From Tubiluchus corallicola (lineage: Eukaryota; Animalia; Priapulida): a stretch of 64,000 nucleotides of DNA. The position numbers were made by a program, and so were the translations under genes. The notes under the pieces were generated by a model. The model worked only from the letters and a program-made list of their open reading frames with translations. It had not been told where the DNA came from and searched no databases. Position 1 is the stretch's first letter, and the number at the start of each line of letters is the position of its first letter. Shown in pieces: positions 59,901 through 64,000 of the stretch. The stretch is from assembly GCA_030141605.1 (NCBI GenBank), contig JAQGDQ010000665.1, forward strand, positions 52,260 through 116,259, read 5' to 3'.

Positions 59901-62900
59901 CCTCCAGCGGGCAGAAGTATAACCAGATTTTAATAATTTCCTGCCTTGTTCAAAATAATGCCACACCTGCTAACGACACAAAACATAATTAGTGGTTGGA
60001 TTAGATTTGATGAGAAACAATACCAACAACACAGAATAGACAGTTTTAAACTGACAAATGTGTTTCTTGCAAACCAAAACCGTCCATAAGTCGGCATAGT
60101 TAAAACTACATTATGATGCTTCAAAGCAGAAAACACCAAAAATTTGGTCAAATGTGGAATTTTTATTTTTTATAAAAATGCTATTTATATCAGACTTTTA
60201 TATTCTAGCATCAAATTATCTGGAAAATGTCCAAAAAAATTTTGTAACTCCTTACCCACTTTTCTGTCTAGAAACTAGAACAGCAATTGTAAAAAAACTT
60301 GTATTTTCAAACAGCAATTGTAGCTTGTGGAAGCAGTCATTTTGCTTCGGGTTTTTTCTGTTGACAAGCCCAGAAAGAGCCATCTACTGGATTTAACGTT
60401 ACTTCATTTGCTCTTATAAGATCCATAGCAACTACACTTTCGTACAATTGCTAAGTCTTTTGTAGAGACGCGACTAAAACAATGGCCAACTTTAACAGCG
60501 ATTATGTTTTTCACTGCACAGCCTGCACCTGAACTTCAACGTGGATTATCTCAACTTAGAAATAACACAGAGTGATGAACTTGGTATCAAAATGATCCTT
60601 ATGAAATGGAGACTCAGGGGGTGTGTGAATAACTAGAAAAGCTTAATAGCCGACTTATGGACGTTACGTTTTTGCTATGTGAGCACACAAATATTGCACA
60701 AACAATAAGTTTTTAACAACGGACAATTTACATTTCAAACCTACAAAGTCTAGTAACTATCCACGTTTTTCTACCTTGGTTTTCAGCTGTGAATTCTTCT
60801 CTTTTATGCAAGGAGTAACGAGATGGTGATCATTCCTGTCTATATAAATGAAGTGCAGTAGATCTGGGAAAACGTCTGCATAAGTAATGAGAAGTCAAGG
60901 CAGAAATATTCGCTCTTATGTAAGTCTTAAAATGCAGAATACATTTCAAAAACAATGTAAGTTTCCTTTTTACGTGTAAAGTTTACATTAATGTTTGTAC
61001 CAGTAGTATGGCTCTATTCACTTTATAACAATTGAGGTCTAATGTTTGTACCAGTGGTATAGCTCTGCTCACTTTATAACAGTTGAGGTCTAATGTTTGT
61101 ACCAGTAGTATGGCTCTATTCACTTTATAACAATTGGGGTCTAATGTTTGTACCAGTGGTATAGCTCTATTCACTTTATAACAATTGAGGTCTAATGTTT
61201 GTACCAGTGGTATAGCTCTGCTCACTTTATAACAGTTGAGGTCTAATGCTTGTATCAGTAGTATGGCTCTGTTCACTTTATTACAGTTGAGGTCTAATGT
61301 TTGTATTAGTAATATAGTATTTTTTTGGCTGTATCAACAAAATTGTTAATTTTAGCTACATGTGAGGTATAATTCGATTCTGGCACTGCGTTAAATAAAA
61401 TTTCTTTAGTATATGTTTATAGTTATACTTATAGTTATATTATAGTTATATATTATATATTATATATTATTATATTTATAGTTATAGCTTTGTATATCGC
61501 TGATATCTAATGATAAACATTTAATACACGGTCTGTATGAATCTCAATAAACAGTTTCATCTTTAATGTTGACTTCACTGAATTTGTAACACAGTCAATT
61601 AACATTTCATCTAACTCCTTATTCAACAGTTTAGTCGTTATAAGCACACACAAATCAGTTTTAAAAAACCTTACCATATCATACATAATTTAGTATGGTT
61701 TCTCACTATAACTAGTACAAACATAATAATCTAGTTGTTATCGTAACAAATAAACATTTTAAGTTTAAAATGTAACTTTGTGTTTTGACTAATATAGAAA
61801 AGCTAGTTGGTAGTCAAACATTAATCTAAACTTTGATTTTTAAAGGAAGACAGGAAGATTTTTCATATACTGCCTATTTTTAAGTCCGATAAAAAGTACA
61901 TATTTTAACACATTTAATACTGCAAAAGCGTTTCTGATAATTAAATAATGCATTATGAACTTAATTAATGGCAGGCGAGTCCAACTATTGACAACATCAC
62001 AAACTAACATAATTTTCAACGGCAAAAATATTCCACGTGCGTGTTTCACATTTCACGTGTTTGCGAAACTGAAAATTGAAGTACAGTGCTGCTGTAAGAG
62101 TTTTAGTGTGTTGTACTAAAACTTGGCAAGTTTTAAGATAAAAATTCAAATATAAAATTTACTGCTGTGCTCACTGATGAGCTGTCGAACGTGTGCAGTT
62201 AATCATGAACTCACACATTTGAACCGAGAGGTACAGCACCTGTTTTTTGTCCAAAGCATTTCCAGAATACAAGCAGTAGTGCCCGTCTAACTTGCGAATG
62301 GTGAAATGCATGTAACAGCAAAAAAATTAGTGGCGCAAATGCGAAATTGTGTTTGTGCAGTAATAATTGTTTCACGTAAGCCATTTTTGAAAAAGTAGTA
62401 TGTTCTCTTTCAATATTTGAAAGAGTAGATTATTTTGACCTGCAGTTTAAGATCGGGTCCGGTTTTGCTTTAAAAGTAACTTTGCAATCTAAGAATAAAG
62501 TCGCAAGATCGACATCAAGCCAAAAAATTTATCCTACTCTAAATTTGTGTACAGTGTTCCCTCGCTACTTCGCGGTTCGTTTGTCGCGGACTCGCTGTTT
62601 CGCGGGTTTTCAAAGAATATTATAAATCCTAAAAAAGTACCATTTACAGTACATAGTGTATTTATTCGGCGGAGAATACACACCAAAAACGAAATGTAGT
62701 ACTTGCGCCCGCTTGAGATGCTACTTGCCGACGTGAGATTGTACACAACACACGATTGTACACAACACACGATTGATTGATTGATGGAAAGCGACCAACC
62801 AGAGAATGCTGCTCTGTATCCCATTCTCTGATTGGCTCGGGTACCTTGCAATTTGTTTTCTCGTACGCTATTTGTGAAATGTTCGTTACAGACTGAATTT

Positions 62901-63354
62901 ATTCAAGCCCCGAACGATGTCACCCAAGCATCTAAGTATTAAATAAGTATAGCGTCCCTACTTCACGGAAATTCACTTATCGTGGGTGGGCCTGGAACGG
63001 AACACCCGCGATAAGTGAGGGAACACTGTAAATGTAAATCGGTTTGTTCTTGAAAAACATCATGTAGTTTTGAGATAAAAAATATTACAATTTTAGCAGC
63101 AAAATTGTAATGTAATGAGTGTTGCATCACAACAAGTGGCGAATAAAAATACGAATAAATTCAAAAGGATATTCCCAAAGTGTTGTACTTTCACTGACAT
63201 TCTTGCTCAAGTCTGCTGCATCATTTTGTAAGTTTTTGTGCAGGTATTGTTGAATTGTCATCAAAGATTTGACATCCGGTTGTTTCACTGGATCAAACAA
63301 GTACAAATGTTTGAACAAGTCTTGCAGAGCTGATGACAGAGTGTCCAATGACGT
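56902..63354 (-). CDS. HPS1: Hermansky-Pudlak syndrome 1 protein (BLOC-3 subunit), last five coding exons (5' part beyond right edge)
   Basis: Exons 63173-63354, 60775-60883, 59853-59966, 58280-58350 and 56902-57067 (stop TGA at 56902-56904). The translation ..TTLWDYADVFPDLLHFIYIDR..KTKVWHYFEQGRKLLKSGYT..YSYFFWFENES..CHELLCLH..QLAALLW matches the recalled human C-terminus ([39 protein letters not shown]). Four of the five exons are missing from the ORF track. Confidence 0.9.
58910..59421. mobile_element. hAT-type MITE
   Basis: TIR CAGTGTCGGCTC..GAGCCGCCACTG with a perfect 8-bp TSD, CTCTTATC; second copy at ~55148-55638. Confidence 0.88.
59530..59636 (+). mobile_element. tRNA-derived SINE 5' part
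   Basis: A box TAGCTCAATG, B box GGTTCAACAC, then the shared core GTCATACCAAAGACTTGAAAAATGGTACC. Confidence 0.7.
60059..60687. mobile_element. MITE, copy of the 40838-41483 family
   Basis: Colinear similarity and inverted subtermini. Confidence 0.7.
60988..61310. repeat. 51-bp minisatellite (~6 copies) inside the HPS1 U12 intron
   Basis: CTTTATAAC at 61021, 61072 and onward. Confidence 0.95.
61844..62469. mobile_element. Kolobok-like non-autonomous DNA transposon
   Basis: TTAA|AG...CT|TTAA ends; inverted homolog at 28396-29004. Confidence 0.65.
62552..63028. mobile_element. Tigger-like MITE
   Basis: TA|CAGTGTTCCCTC..GAGGGAACACTG|TA. Confidence 0.88.
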
Positions 63355-63411
63355 CTGTAATCTGGCAATGTTTAAAATACATTATGGCACTTTAACCATA
63401 TCACTGATGTA

Positions 63412-64000
63412 TACATGCTAATCAGGGGACATGTGAACATACATGCTAATCAGGGGACATGTGAACATACATGCTAATCAGGGGACATGTGAACATAGAT
63501 GCTAATCAGGGGACATGTGAACATACATGTTAATCAGGGGACATGTGAACATGCACACTAATCAGGGGACATGTGAACATACATGCTAATCAGGGGACAT
63601 GTGAACATACATGCTAATCAGGGGACATGTGAACATACATGTTAATCAGGGGACATGTGAACATAAATGCCAATTAGGGGACATGTGAACATACATGTTA
63701 ATCAGGGGACATGTGAACATGCATGCTAATCAGGGGACATGTGAACATACATGTTAATCAGGGGACATGTGAACATGCACACTAATCAGGGGACATGTGA
63801 ACATACATGTTAATCAGGGGACATGTGAACATACATGTTAATCAGGGGACATGTGAACATACATGTTAATCAGGGGACATGTGAACATACATGCCAATTA
63901 GGGGACATGTGAACATACATGTTAATCAGGGGACATGTGAACATGCATGCTAATCAGGGGACATGTGAACATACATGTTAATCAGGGGACATGTGAACAT
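63412..64000. repeat. 28-bp minisatellite (ACATGTTAATCAGGGGACATGTGAACAT), runs off window
   Basis: Directly visible tandem units in an HPS1 intron. Confidence 0.97.

Larger units (their letters stand above)
60884..63172 (-). other. HPS1: U12-type (minor spliceosome) AT-AC intron of HPS1
   Basis: 5' end ATATCCTTTT (63172-63163); branch site CCTTGAC (60900-60894); 3' end TCATTAC (AC at 60885-60884). Splicing restores the frame and a gap-free alignment to HPS1. Confidence 0.9.

Noticed and set aside
63127-63348. ORF as a terminal exon resembling a kinase C-lobe (QDLFKHLYLFDPVKQP)
   Set aside because: Better explained as an internal HPS1 exon ending at the U12 donor 63172; the last ~15 codons are intron read-through.

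Overview
Eukaryotic (invertebrate animal-like, AT-rich, intron-rich) genomic DNA, not prokaryotic. Four conserved metazoan genes can be assembled exon by exon with consistent splice phases: ANKS3 (- strand, 3' part runs off the left edge), KRI1 (- strand, 2 exons), TP53BP1/53BP1 (+ strand, about 20 coding exons, ~1,557 aa, head-to-head with KRI1) and the 3' end of HPS1 (- strand, 5' part runs off the right edge). Introns and intergenic DNA hold many hAT, Tc1/pogo and Kolobok-like MITEs, a hAT transposase remnant, tRNA-derived SINEs, an RTE LINE derivative and minisatellites. The best signals are: (1) a minor-spliceosome U12-type AT-AC intron in HPS1; (2) a 46-bp tandem array in 53BP1 that amplified the exon/5'-splice-site junction about 40-fold; (3) a duplicated ANKS3 exon end that could act as a new in-frame 60-nt exon; (4) array units that equal the normal unit with every A and C removed, probably an assembly artefact; (5) a bipartite 5'UTR+3'end RTE element with target-site duplication (TSD). 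I see no evidence of a wholly new multi-gene system. Gene names rest on my recollection of the human orthologs; no searches were run.
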